From Lentisphaerota bacterium (GTDB lineage: Bacteria > Verrucomicrobiota > Kiritimatiellia > UBA8416 > JAIOPI01), in assembly GCA_021413965.1 (NCBI GenBank), contig JAIOPI010000013.1, positions 34,719 to 98,718 on the forward strand: DNA of 64,000 nucleotides, in the 5' to 3' direction. Shown here one piece after another: positions 1 to 8,176 of this stretch. Position 1 is the stretch's first letter. The number at the start of each line of letters is the position of its first letter. Below the pieces are notes generated by a model. The model was not told where the DNA came from. It saw nothing but the letters and a program-made list of their open reading frames with translations, and ran no database searches. The position numbers and the translations under genes were made by a program.

Positions 1-580
1 GTTCCGCCCCCCCCCCAAGGGTGGCTGCCGGCGTGCCCGCCCAAGGGGCATGCCCCGCCAGTTGCCGGTGGTTGTCCTTGATCATGACGCGATCATAGAG
101 GCCAAAGCGGTGATTCTGGCCGCCGCCACAGCGCACCGCATACTTCTCCAGCACCCGCAAGGTCGGCGTCGTCTTACGCGTGTCCAGGATGACGGGGCGA
201 CGGTCCCCCACCGCCTCCACAAACCGCCGCGTCAACGTGGCAATGCCCGTCATGCGCTGCATGAAATTCAGCGCGGTGCGCTCGCCCGTCAGGATCGGCT
301 GCGCCCGGCCGCGCAGTTCCATGATGACGGTTCCCGCCGGCGCCGCGGCGCCATCCGCCACCCCGGCGGTGCAGACGACGTCGGGATCCAGCGCCTGGAA
401 AACAGTCCGGACCACTTCGCTGCCACAGGCCACCACGGGCGGGCGGCACACGATCACGGCGTCGACGATTTGACGCGGGTCCACCAACGCTTGCGTGGTC
501 GCATCGCCGGCGCCGATATCCTCGGCCAGCGCGCGGCGAACGAGATCGGCCACATAGGGCTCAATGTCAGAGGGAAACAT
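1..580 (-). CDS. nadC: Nicotinate-nucleotide diphosphorylase (quinolinate phosphoribosyltransferase), N-terminal part; runs off the left window edge
   Basis: Absent from the ORF track because it is open at the window edge. My own minus-strand translation from ATG 580..578 gives MFPSDIEPYVADLVRRALAEDIGAGDATT...LTGERTALNFMQRMTGIATLTRRF...ILDTRKTTPTLRVLEKYAVRCGGGQNHRFGLYDRVMIKDNH, the conserved NadC core. The last ~20 codons before position 1 stop looking NadC-like. Confidence 0.8.
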   Translation of the reverse strand, partial: MFPSDIEPYVADLVRRALAEDIGAGDATTQALVDPRQIVDAVIVCRPPVVACGSEVVRTVFQALDPDVVCTAGVADGAAAPAGTVIMELRGRAQPILTGERTALNFMQRMTGIATLTRRFVEAVGDRRPVILDTRKTTPTLRVLEKYAVRCGGGQNHRFGLYDRVMIKDNHRQLAGHAPWAGTPAATLGGGAE

Positions 581-588
581 GGGAGTGG

Positions 589-617
589 ATTCTGGGAACT
601 CCCCCCCCCAAAGTCAA
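589..617 (-). promoter_or_regulatory. Sigma70-like promoter candidate for nadC: TTGACT-N17-CAGAAT, with a G9 tract in the spacer
   Basis: Minus strand reads TTGACT TTGGGGGGGGGAGTTCC CAGAAT CACTCCC ATG. The -10 ends 8 nt before the ATG at 580, so the transcript would be near-leaderless. It shares the 10-mer TTGACTTTGG with the wzm upstream region. Confidence 0.4.
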
Positions 618-640
618 TCTTGGCCAACGGGAGCTCGCCG

Positions 641-1825
641 TCACGGTCCACGCCACTGCACCGGCATGTAGCTGCCTTCGAAGGGACGGTCGCCCTCCAC
701 CAGGATCGGGAACCCATGATCCACGCGGTGGTAGTTCACACGATGATCGGCCGAATGCACGGAAAAAGAAAGCAAGTAGGTGCCAGGCCCCAGCGTGTGC
801 GGCCCCAGGGACAGATGCAGCGTGCCGCGTCCTTCCACCTCCGGGATGCGATGCCCTTCGATTTGCGTGTTATTGCCATAAATCCGCATCCCGCCGTCCG
901 TGGCCACGGAAAACCCAAACACCGGATTCTCAATGCGCTGCCGGGCCTCGTAGTGGACGTCCGCCTCAATCAGGTCTCCATAGGCGAAACGGTCCCGCGC
1001 CTGTCCGGTGCGGTCGCGCAAATCAACGCCGGTAATCCGGATCTCGCCGCTCCCCCACTCCCGGCGCATGGCACCGGCCTGCTGCGCTCGCACCACCGCC
1101 TTGTAGCGGTCCACGATTTCGCCTGGTCGGCCCAGCCCGGTCACGCGCCCGCCGTCGAGCAGGAGGATCCGGTCGCTGATCGACTGAATCGTCGCCAGGT
1201 CATGCGAGATGATCAACATGGTCTTTCCGCGCTGCCGAAACTCTTCCATCTTGTCGAGGCACTTGCGCTGAAACGCGATGTCGCCCACTGCCAGCACTTC
1301 ATCGATCAGCAGGATGTCCGGATTGACCTCCACGGCCACGGCAAAGCCAAGGCGAACGTACATCCCCGACGAGTAGTGTTTCACCGGTTGGTCGATGAAC
1401 TCCGGGATTCCGGCAAACGCGACAATCGACGCGAACCGCTCCGCCATGATGCGCCGCGGAATGCCCATGACCGCGCCAGCCAGAAACACGTTTTCGCGAC
1501 CGGTCAGGTCCGGGTGGAAGCCGGCGCCAAGTTCGAGCAACGACGACACGGTACCGGTTGTGGCCAGGCGCCCGGACGTCGGCGGGCGCGTCCGGGCAAG
1601 CAAGGACAGCAGCGTGCTCTTGCCGGCTCCGTTGGCGCCGATGATGCCCAGCGTCTCACCCGCCTGCACCGCAAAGCTCACCTCTCGCAGCGCCCAGAAC
1701 TCGCGCGTCGGCGCGCGGCCCGGCAGCAGCAGATCCAGCGCGGCCGACTTGAATGTGCGCGTCCCCATGCCTCGCAAGCGGAAGCGCTTGGATACGTTCT
1801 CAACCTGGATGACGGGTTCGCTCAC
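641..1825 (-). CDS. wzt: Polysaccharide/O-antigen ABC exporter ATP-binding protein with a C-terminal Wzt-type carbohydrate-binding domain
   Basis: Walker A GANGAGKSTLL and ABC signature YSSGM, plus a ~150-aa beta-rich C-terminal extension. The likely start is GTG at 1825 (VSEPVIQVENVSKRF), overlapping the wzm stop as GTGA. The track ORF start at 1924 would overlap wzm by about 100 nt. Confidence 0.85.
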   Translation of the reverse strand: MSEPVIQVENVSKRFRLRGMGTRTFKSAALDLLLPGRAPTREFWALREVSFAVQAGETLGIIGANGAGKSTLLSLLARTRPPTSGRLATTGTVSSLLELGAGFHPDLTGRENVFLAGAVMGIPRRIMAERFASIVAFAGIPEFIDQPVKHYSSGMYVRLGFAVAVEVNPDILLIDEVLAVGDIAFQRKCLDKMEEFRQRGKTMLIISHDLATIQSISDRILLLDGGRVTGLGRPGEIVDRYKAVVRAQQAGAMRREWGSGEIRITGVDLRDRTGQARDRFAYGDLIEADVHYEARQRIENPVFGFSVATDGGMRIYGNNTQIEGHRIPEVEGRGTLHLSLGPHTLGPGTYLLSFSVHSADHRVNYHRVDHGFPILVEGDRPFEGSYMPVQWRGP

Positions 1826-2610
1826 AGCTCGTCTCCAAAGCGATCCTGGCAGCGCTGAAAGAGCAGCGCCCCGGCCAAAAGCACCGCGAGCGACGCCACC
1901 AGCGACAGCAGCAGGTAGGGCCAACCCGGGTTCGCCCAGCCCATCAACGCCATGCGGTAAGAGGTGATGATGCCGGTCATCGGATTGACGAAGAACAGTG
2001 CCTTGAGCGAGGGTGGAAATCCCGTGTTGTCCAGGACCATCGCGTCGGAGTAGATGACCGGCGTCAGGAAAAACCAGGCCAGCAGAAGCATGGACACGAC
2101 ATGCTCCGTGTCGCGAAAGAATACATTGGCCGTGCTGAACAGGAGGGCGATGCCCGTGGCAAGCGCCAGGTGGGTCAGCATCACCAGGGGCAGCCAGGCC
2201 ACGTGCGCGAAATCCGCCCGGACCACCAGCAAGTAGACCACCAGCACGAACCCCGACAGTAGAAAATTGACGAAATTGGCGAGGACCGTGCTCAGCGGCA
2301 GCATGATGCGGGGAAACGCTGACTTCGTGATCAGGTTGGCATTGCCAACGACAGCATGCAGCGAATCACCGAGGCACATCGACATGAATTGCCACGTGAT
2401 AATGCCCACCACGAGCATGGGCAGATTCGTGGTAAAACGCATGACATGCAGGAAAACCGCGTAAATGACGATCATGAACAGCGGTACCAGCAACGACCAG
2501 AAGAACCCCAAGGCGGAATTCTTGTAGCGTATCTTCAGGTTCCGGCCGACGAGAATGCCAAGCAGTTCCCGGCGCTGTATGACATCCTTGAGCAGAGCGA
2601 GCATGGGCAT
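1822..2610 (-). CDS. wzm: ABC-2 type polysaccharide exporter permease
   Basis: 262 aa and multi-pass hydrophobic. The N-terminus LLKDVIQRRELLGILVGRNLKIRYKNSALGFFWS is typical of Wzm/TagG ABC-2 permeases. It is translationally coupled to the ATPase gene. Confidence 0.85.
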   Translation of the reverse strand: MPMLALLKDVIQRRELLGILVGRNLKIRYKNSALGFFWSLLVPLFMIVIYAVFLHVMRFTTNLPMLVVGIITWQFMSMCLGDSLHAVVGNANLITKSAFPRIMLPLSTVLANFVNFLLSGFVLVVYLLVVRADFAHVAWLPLVMLTHLALATGIALLFSTANVFFRDTEHVVSMLLLAWFFLTPVIYSDAMVLDNTGFPPSLKALFFVNPMTGIITSYRMALMGWANPGWPYLLLSLVASLAVLLAGALLFQRCQDRFGDEL

Positions 2611-2612
2611 CG

Positions 2613-2641
2613 ATTGTCGGGGGTCCCCCCGCCAAAGTCAA
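2613..2641 (-). promoter_or_regulatory. Sigma70-like promoter candidate for wzm-wzt: TTGACT-N17-GACAAT
   Basis: Minus strand reads TTGACT TTGGCGGGGGGACCCCC GACAAT CG ATG CCC ATG. The -10 sits directly against the start codons, which gives leaderless geometry relative to the second ATG at 2604. Confidence 0.4.
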
Positions 2642-2722
2642 CCATGGCATGCTACCCGCGGCCCCGCTTGTCTGTTTCGGCCGGCGGGCCGCGTGGGCGG
2701 AGTGCCTGTGAAGCGGAGCATA

Positions 2723-3223
2723 CTAGTTGAAGTAGAACCGTGCCCCGATTGCCGCACTGAGTTCCAGGTCCGTATCCGGCACAAGATCCAGAACCGGCAC
2801 GATCTCGGCAAACACATCAAGTGGCGATGTCACGAACAAGTACGTAACCCCCAAGGGGAATCGGATGCCCAGGCGCTCGTCATCGTCATGTCCCCGCCCA
2901 TTGTCGGAGTCGCTCAGCAGGATCCGCCCGCCAATGCCGTAATAGACCGGCAGTTTCTCGTGAAGATCCTTCGGGTGGATCAGATCCTCGTTGTGCAGCA
3001 GGTAGTCCGCGTGCAACTGGACGCGCTCGTCGTCCGACAACGACCACGCCGCCGCGGCATCCAGGGCACGCGTCGAACTGAGCCAGTACTTCGCGCTGAT
3101 TCCTGTGGGTTCCCCCAGGATAAGCCCCAGGCCGAATCGCGGGGCCCCCGCATCAGGAGTTTGCGCCCATACGCTCGACGCGGTCACCGCCAGTAAGCAT
3201 GCCCACACCCATGGCATTTTCAT
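2723..3223 (-). CDS. Small secreted outer-membrane beta-barrel-like protein (hypothetical)
   Basis: Signal peptide MKMPWVWACLLAVTASSVWAQ, alternating beta-strand pattern, and an aromatic C-terminus GARFYFN. A strong SD (AGGAGG) lies 9 nt upstream of the ATG, and a TACAAT -10-like hexamer is at 3273..3278. Confidence 0.65.
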   Translation of the reverse strand: MKMPWVWACLLAVTASSVWAQTPDAGAPRFGLGLILGEPTGISAKYWLSSTRALDAAAAWSLSDDERVQLHADYLLHNEDLIHPKDLHEKLPVYYGIGGRILLSDSDNGRGHDDDERLGIRFPLGVTYLFVTSPLDVFAEIVPVLDLVPDTDLELSAAIGARFYFN

Positions 3224-3736
3224 GGCTGCCTCCCCTCCTGTTTCTCACACCCGTATGCGTCTTACAGCCTTGATTGTAGTCTTGTCCCACCAGTGACGCC
3301 AGTGCTTTTGGCGCCCCCGCCCCAGAGAAGGAGCTGCCGCACTCGATCACGACAAGGTAAACGTTCCACATGGAAGCAACGATTGAGGGGGCGGTCACAG
3401 GCCTGCGCCGCGGCAACCACGCCCTTTGGCTCGGCCTGCTGGCCGGCGTCGTTCGCCTGCTCGACATGGGGGATCCGCGCGCTCAACGTCGCCGATGACC
3501 TGCTCTGCGCCCTCTATCACATGCGTGCCGACCAGGAAAACCCCTTGCCGTTGGCGCCCAATGAAGGTTGAATGCTCACCCATGGATCACATCATTCCGG
3601 CATGCATCCCCATGAATGAGCAGTCTGCGCGGCGAACGAGCTTAACGTCGCCTGATGCCTCTGAGGTCCTTCACCTCGCCCCGCATGGCATCATCATCCC
3701 TGCGCATGACGCCACTCAAGACCGAGGAGACCTTGG

Positions 3737-4546
3737 ATGACCCGAATTCCCATCACGATGTGCCACGGTGTCGACCCCAGCCGCAAGCAACCGCTCACCC
3801 TCGACCGCTTCGAAACCTATTTCCGCATGGCAGCCGACATGGGCTTCACATCCATTTCGTACGATGACCTCGAGGCTTGGTTTTCCGGGCGCAAGCCCCT
3901 GCCGACACGCCCGATCATGTTCGATGTTGACCATCCGGAAAAGTCGGTCTACCACGACCTGTGGCCCCTCATGCGCGACCACGGATTCAAAGGCAATGTC
4001 TTCGTCAACACCGGACAGATGGAGAAGATGTACGCCACGGGTAAAATGGACCTCGACAGCCGTACCAGCATGACGTGGGACGAACTGGGCGAGTTGGCCG
4101 CCGCAGGCTGGCAAATCGGAGCTCACACGCACAGCCACCCCAATATCTGCGATCTGTGCATGGCGGACTCTTCAGGCGACCGTATCCGGTGGGAATTGGA
4201 TACCTGTAACGCCTGCATCCAGAAAAACCTGGGAATCATCGCGCGCGATTTCGCCTACATCGGCGAAACATGGCACTCGCAGGCGGAAGCCGAAGTGAAG
4301 CGGCGCTACCGGTTCGCACGCCTGTGGATCACCGGACAGGTCTACTGGGCCGATGGCGAACTCGTGAAATTCCAGGACTTGGCGGGCATGCCCGGTACCG
4401 ACGAGGCCGATGGCGGCCCTCCCATCGCCTCGCGCTACATCACCAAGGCGAGCAACCCCTATCGACTGCCTTCCATGGAACTCGGGTACTTCATCTACCA
4501 GTACGACGCCTACAAGCGCTACCTCGAAGGCGCGCTGGAGACCTGA
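3737..4546 (+). CDS. Polysaccharide deacetylase (NodB-homology-like) family protein
   Basis: 269 aa. The N-terminal IPITMCHGV...FTSISYDDL...IMFDVDHPEKS pattern resembles polysaccharide deacetylase family proteins. GAGGAG SD lies upstream. The family call is by eye only. Confidence 0.55.
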   Translation: MTRIPITMCHGVDPSRKQPLTLDRFETYFRMAADMGFTSISYDDLEAWFSGRKPLPTRPIMFDVDHPEKSVYHDLWPLMRDHGFKGNVFVNTGQMEKMYATGKMDLDSRTSMTWDELGELAAAGWQIGAHTHSHPNICDLCMADSSGDRIRWELDTCNACIQKNLGIIARDFAYIGETWHSQAEAEVKRRYRFARLWITGQVYWADGELVKFQDLAGMPGTDEADGGPPIASRYITKASNPYRLPSMELGYFIYQYDAYKRYLEGALET

Positions 4547-4573
4547 GCCCTGCCTATTGCTCCGCCTCTGGGC

Positions 4574-5242
4574 CTAATCCACCAACACCGCCGGCAGCCA
4601 CTCCCGCACCGAGTTGATCAGGAACAGCGTCGTCGCGGCACGCAGGTCCGCGATGGTGATGATTTCCTCGCGGATCTCCCCACGCTCCAGCAGATGTTCC
4701 CGGTAAACTCCAGGCAGAAGCCCGCATGCTATCGGCGGTGTCAGGCGTTCCCCGCGCCGTTCGATCACCACGTTCGCGATCGTCGATTCCGTCACTTCAC
4801 CGCGTTCATTGTGCAGGACAACATCGTCCACGCCAGGACAGGCGGCTCGAGCCTGATCGTACAGGCGGCGGTCCGTCGTCTTGTGAAATAGGCGCATATC
4901 GCCTGCATCGATGGCCGCGGACGCCAGCCCCACCCGCATGGGGCATGGCAACGGGCTCGCCGCCAGTGGCACGGCCGTCACGGACGGCCCTCCCGTCGAC
5001 GTCACACACAACCGCACGCGACAAGGCTCCCCTGGCAGCATCACGGCCGCACGCTCCAACTCGGCACGGATACGCACCGGGTCGCAGACCCAGCCCAGGG
5101 CGCTGGCGGAGCGGGCCAGGCGGCTCACGTGTCGCTCCAGAAGGTAGAAGCCGCCCGCGGGAGTCCAACGCAGCGTTTCCAGCAAGTGCACCGCAGGCGC
5201 GGTTCCCGGGCCCCACGGCATCGTTATGGAACGCTGGTTCAC
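4574..5242 (-). CDS. Fold-type IV PLP enzyme, aminodeoxychorismate lyase-like
   Basis: LLETLRW..GGFYLLERHVSRL at the N-terminus, a FHKTTDRRLY lysine motif, and C-terminal LLPGVYREHLLERG...IREE.I are all typical of PabC/class IV aminotransferases. At 222 aa it is short for the family. Confidence 0.6.
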   Translation of the reverse strand: MNQRSITMPWGPGTAPAVHLLETLRWTPAGGFYLLERHVSRLARSASALGWVCDPVRIRAELERAAVMLPGEPCRVRLCVTSTGGPSVTAVPLAASPLPCPMRVGLASAAIDAGDMRLFHKTTDRRLYDQARAACPGVDDVVLHNERGEVTESTIANVVIERRGERLTPPIACGLLPGVYREHLLERGEIREEIITIADLRAATTLFLINSVREWLPAVLVD

Positions 5243-5249
5243 TTATAAG

Positions 5250-5279
5250 TTGCCCTTGCCATGATGCAGAGGGTAAAAT
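5250..5279 (+). promoter_or_regulatory. Sigma70-like promoter candidate: TTGCCC-N18-TAAAAT, placed for a leaderless helicase mRNA
   Basis: TTGCCC at 5250..5255 and TAAAAT at 5274..5279. The A of the helicase ATG (5286) lies 7 nt after the -10, and there is no SD in between. Confidence 0.4.
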
Positions 5280-5285
5280 CATGGG

Positions 5286-7340
5286 ATGACGGAAACAAGG
5301 ACAACCGCCTTGGACGAGCCCGCCGTGCCGCCGTGGCTGGCGGACCTGAATGCCGAGCAACGCCAGGCGGTGACCCATGCCGGTGAGCACCTGCTCGTGG
5401 TGGCCGGCGCCGGCAGCGGCAAGACGCGCACCCTCGCCTGCCGCGTCGCTCATCTGATCGCCGGCGGCGTGGAACCCGGCCGCATTCTTCTCCTCACCTT
5501 CACCCGCCGTGCCGCACAGGAGATGCTCAAGCGCGCCGAAGGCTACATCCCCAGCGACCGCGCGGCGGCGGGTCGCGTCTGGGGCGGCACGTTTCACGCC
5601 ACGGCCAACCGCCTGCTGCGCATCTACGCCAAAGCCGCCGGACTGAGCCCGGACTTCACGGTCATGGACCAGTCAGACGCGGAGGATCTGCTCAACGTGC
5701 TGCGCCAGGAGCAGGGCCTTCACACCAAGGAGAAGCGCTTTCCACGCAAGTCAACCTGCCTCGCCATCTACTCGCGCTGCGTCAACGGCTCGGAAGCGAT
5801 CGGTGACGTTCTGCGCCGCTACTTCCCCTGGTGCGCGGACTGGGCCAAGGAACTCAAAGCCTTGTTTCAACTGTACGTGGCGCGTAAGCAGGAGCGCAAT
5901 GTCCTCGACTACGACGATCTGCTCCTCTACTGGGCCGAGATTCTCGCCGATCCCGGACTGGCGCGCGACATCGGCGGCCGGTTCGACCACATTCTCGTCG
6001 ACGAGTACCAGGACACCAACAGCCTGCAGGCCCGCATCCTGCAGGGCTTGATGCTCGGGGGCGCCCGCGTCATGGCGGTCGGCGATGATGCACAGAGCAT
6101 TTATAGTTTCCGCGCCGCCAACGTGAGGAACATGCTGGATTTCCCGAAGCAGTTCCCCGGCACCACCGTGGTCACGCTCGCACAGAACTACCGCTCCGTA
6201 ACGCCCATCCTGGCGGCCACCAATGCGCTGATCGCCCAGGCCAAGGAGCGTTTCACCAAGGAACTCTGGTCCACTCGCGGCGACGGCCAGCGGCCGCAAC
6301 TGGTGACGTGCAAGGAGGAGACCGACCAGGATCGGTTCGTCGTGGAGCGGGTGCTGGAACACCGCGAGGCCGGCGTGCCCTTGCGCCAGCAGGCCGTCCT
6401 CTTCCGCGCCGCGCACCATTCCGCCTCCCTGGAACTGGAACTCGCGCGACGCAACATCCCCTACCACAAGTACGGCGGGCTGCGCTTCCTCGAGTTTGCC
6501 CACATCAAGGACCTCATCGCCTTCCTGCGAGTGGCCGAAAATCCACGTGACGACATGGCCTGGTTCCGCACACTGCAGTTGCTGCCTGGCATCGGCCCGG
6601 GGCTGGCGGCCCGCGCCGTGCGTCATGTGGCGGACCAGGGGCATAACCCTGCCGCGATCGGCAGCTTCCCCGCGCCCGCCGCCTCTCGGGCGGCCCTCGC
6701 CGCCCTGGCGTCACTCATGGGCGATCTCTATCAGAACCACGAACTGCCGCCCGCCGTCCAGGTCGGGCGCATCCGCCAGTTCTATGACCCCCTGATCAAG
6801 GAGCACTACGAGAACCCGGCCGTGCGCGTGCGCGACCTGCAGACACTGGAACAGCTCGCCACCGGCTACCGCTCGCGCCGGCGATTCCTGACGGACCTGC
6901 AGCTCGACCCGCCCACGTCAACCAGCGACCTGGCCGGTCCTCCCATGCTGGATGAAGACTGGCTCGTGCTCTCCACCATCCACTCCGCCAAGGGATGCGA
7001 GTGGGATGTCGTGCACGTCATCCACGCGTCGGACGGCTGCCTGCCCTCTGACATGGCGACGGGCTCGCCCGAGGATATTGAGGAAGAGCTTCGGCTCACC
7101 TACGTCGCCATGACGCGGGCGCGCAACGCTCTCTACGTCGAGTGGCCCTTGCGCTACTACCACAAGTGGCACCGGCACACCGATCACCACATCTACGCCC
7201 AATTGTCCCGGTTCTTCACACCCCCGGTCCGCGCCACCATGAACGCCGTGCAAGCCGGGGCGAGTGGCGTGGACGATGACCCGGCAGGTACCGCCCTCCC
7301 TCAGCCGGCCGCGGAACGCATCCGCTCCCGGTGGACCTGA
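5286..7340 (+). CDS. UvrD/Rep/PcrA-family superfamily-1 ATP-dependent DNA helicase
   Basis: Motif I AGAGSGKT, motif II DEYQDTN, motif III VGDDAQSIYSFRAA, and C-terminal TIHSAKGCEWD and YVAMTRAR. Confidence 0.9.
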   Translation: MTETRTTALDEPAVPPWLADLNAEQRQAVTHAGEHLLVVAGAGSGKTRTLACRVAHLIAGGVEPGRILLLTFTRRAAQEMLKRAEGYIPSDRAAAGRVWGGTFHATANRLLRIYAKAAGLSPDFTVMDQSDAEDLLNVLRQEQGLHTKEKRFPRKSTCLAIYSRCVNGSEAIGDVLRRYFPWCADWAKELKALFQLYVARKQERNVLDYDDLLLYWAEILADPGLARDIGGRFDHILVDEYQDTNSLQARILQGLMLGGARVMAVGDDAQSIYSFRAANVRNMLDFPKQFPGTTVVTLAQNYRSVTPILAATNALIAQAKERFTKELWSTRGDGQRPQLVTCKEETDQDRFVVERVLEHREAGVPLRQQAVLFRAAHHSASLELELARRNIPYHKYGGLRFLEFAHIKDLIAFLRVAENPRDDMAWFRTLQLLPGIGPGLAARAVRHVADQGHNPAAIGSFPAPAASRAALAALASLMGDLYQNHELPPAVQVGRIRQFYDPLIKEHYENPAVRVRDLQTLEQLATGYRSRRRFLTDLQLDPPTSTSDLAGPPMLDEDWLVLSTIHSAKGCEWDVVHVIHASDGCLPSDMATGSPEDIEEELRLTYVAMTRARNALYVEWPLRYYHKWHRHTDHHIYAQLSRFFTPPVRATMNAVQAGASGVDDDPAGTALPQPAAERIRSRWT

Positions 7341-7358
7341 GCCACACCAGAAAACAAG

Positions 7359-7384
7359 GAGGGCGGCAATCGCTTGCCGCCCTC
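7359..7384 (-). terminator. Intrinsic terminator hairpin between convergent genes
   Basis: Perfect 11-bp stem GAGGGCGGCAA / TTGCCGCCCTC with a 4-nt loop. On the minus strand it is followed by CTTGTTTT. It sits between the helicase stop (7340) and the stop of the small minus-strand ORF (7428). Confidence 0.65.
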
Positions 7385-7427
7385 GTCATCACGAAGCCGT
7401 TTCAACCTGCACCCGCAGGGGCTCCGC

Positions 7428-7631
7428 TCAGGCCTTCTTCTGCCCGGCCTTGCGGCGCGAAGCATTCAGGGCCGTCCGCACCTGAACCGGATTCATTGTC
7501 ACCAAGGCCTTGGGTTCCACACCCGTGGCAATCAAGCGCTCACGGTGCATGCGCTGGCGACGACGACGATCCGTCCCCGTCTTCTTCGGACGCCGGACCG
7601 ACTTCTTTCTGCCTTCTCTTCCGAGAGCCAT
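7428..7631 (-). CDS. Small highly basic protein (67 aa), function unknown
   Basis: The internal ATG at 7631 gives MALGREGRKKSVRRPKKTGTDRRRRQRMHRERLIATGVEPKALVTMNPVQVRTALNASRRKAGQKKA, followed by a good terminator. The longer track ORF (start 7778) has an implausible N-terminus. Confidence 0.4.
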   Translation of the reverse strand: MALGREGRKKSVRRPKKTGTDRRRRQRMHRERLIATGVEPKALVTMNPVQVRTALNASRRKAGQKKA

Positions 7632-7796
7632 GGTAGTACTTGCTCCAACGTTGGCTATGGTGTTAACGCGAAGGCGGCGAGTATGTCCCAACACTCCACC
7701 CGACGCAAGCGCCAAATCGCCCCCGTCGCGAATCCTTGCGCTGCAGGCAATGGACCTGTACCTTGATCTCCTTCGCATGCCTCACAGGAGACGGCC

Positions 7797-8141
7797 ATGA
7801 ACATCGTCCGCCACATGCTCCGCCGGGCACTCATCCTGGTTGCCACCGCTGGCTTGCTGATCGGTACGGCCGCCTGCGAGAGCGACGACGATGAAGATAG
7901 CGCACCCTCGGTCAGCCCGGCCAGCGTCAAGCTGACCCCGGACCAGACCGGCGGCATCGTGTTCACCGTGGATGGTGGAAAACCTGACTACACGTGGATG
8001 GTCGCCAACCCCCTGATGGGATCAATTGCCGCGGCCGGCGAGACCGCCATCTACACGCGCACCGCGCTCACCGGGCTGAACTTTGTATTTGTCACGGACG
8101 CCAACAACAACACCGTGACGGCAACCATCAATCAGCTCTAG
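7797..8141 (+). CDS. Small lipoprotein, hypothetical
   Basis: The signal peptide ends in a lipobox (LLIGTAAC), followed by an acidic linker and a beta-rich domain. CAGGAG SD lies upstream. Confidence 0.6.
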   Translation: MNIVRHMLRRALILVATAGLLIGTAACESDDDEDSAPSVSPASVKLTPDQTGGIVFTVDGGKPDYTWMVANPLMGSIAAAGETAIYTRTALTGLNFVFVTDANNNTVTATINQL

Positions 8142-8176
8142 CACCACCCGGACCGCGCCCGCCCCCGCTTGCGCCC

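Noticed and set aside
50-1858. 602-aa plus-strand ORF at the left end
   Set aside because: It is antisense to nadC and wzt, which have clear family motifs. Its translation is Arg/Ala/Pro/His-rich junk typical of high-GC antisense frames.
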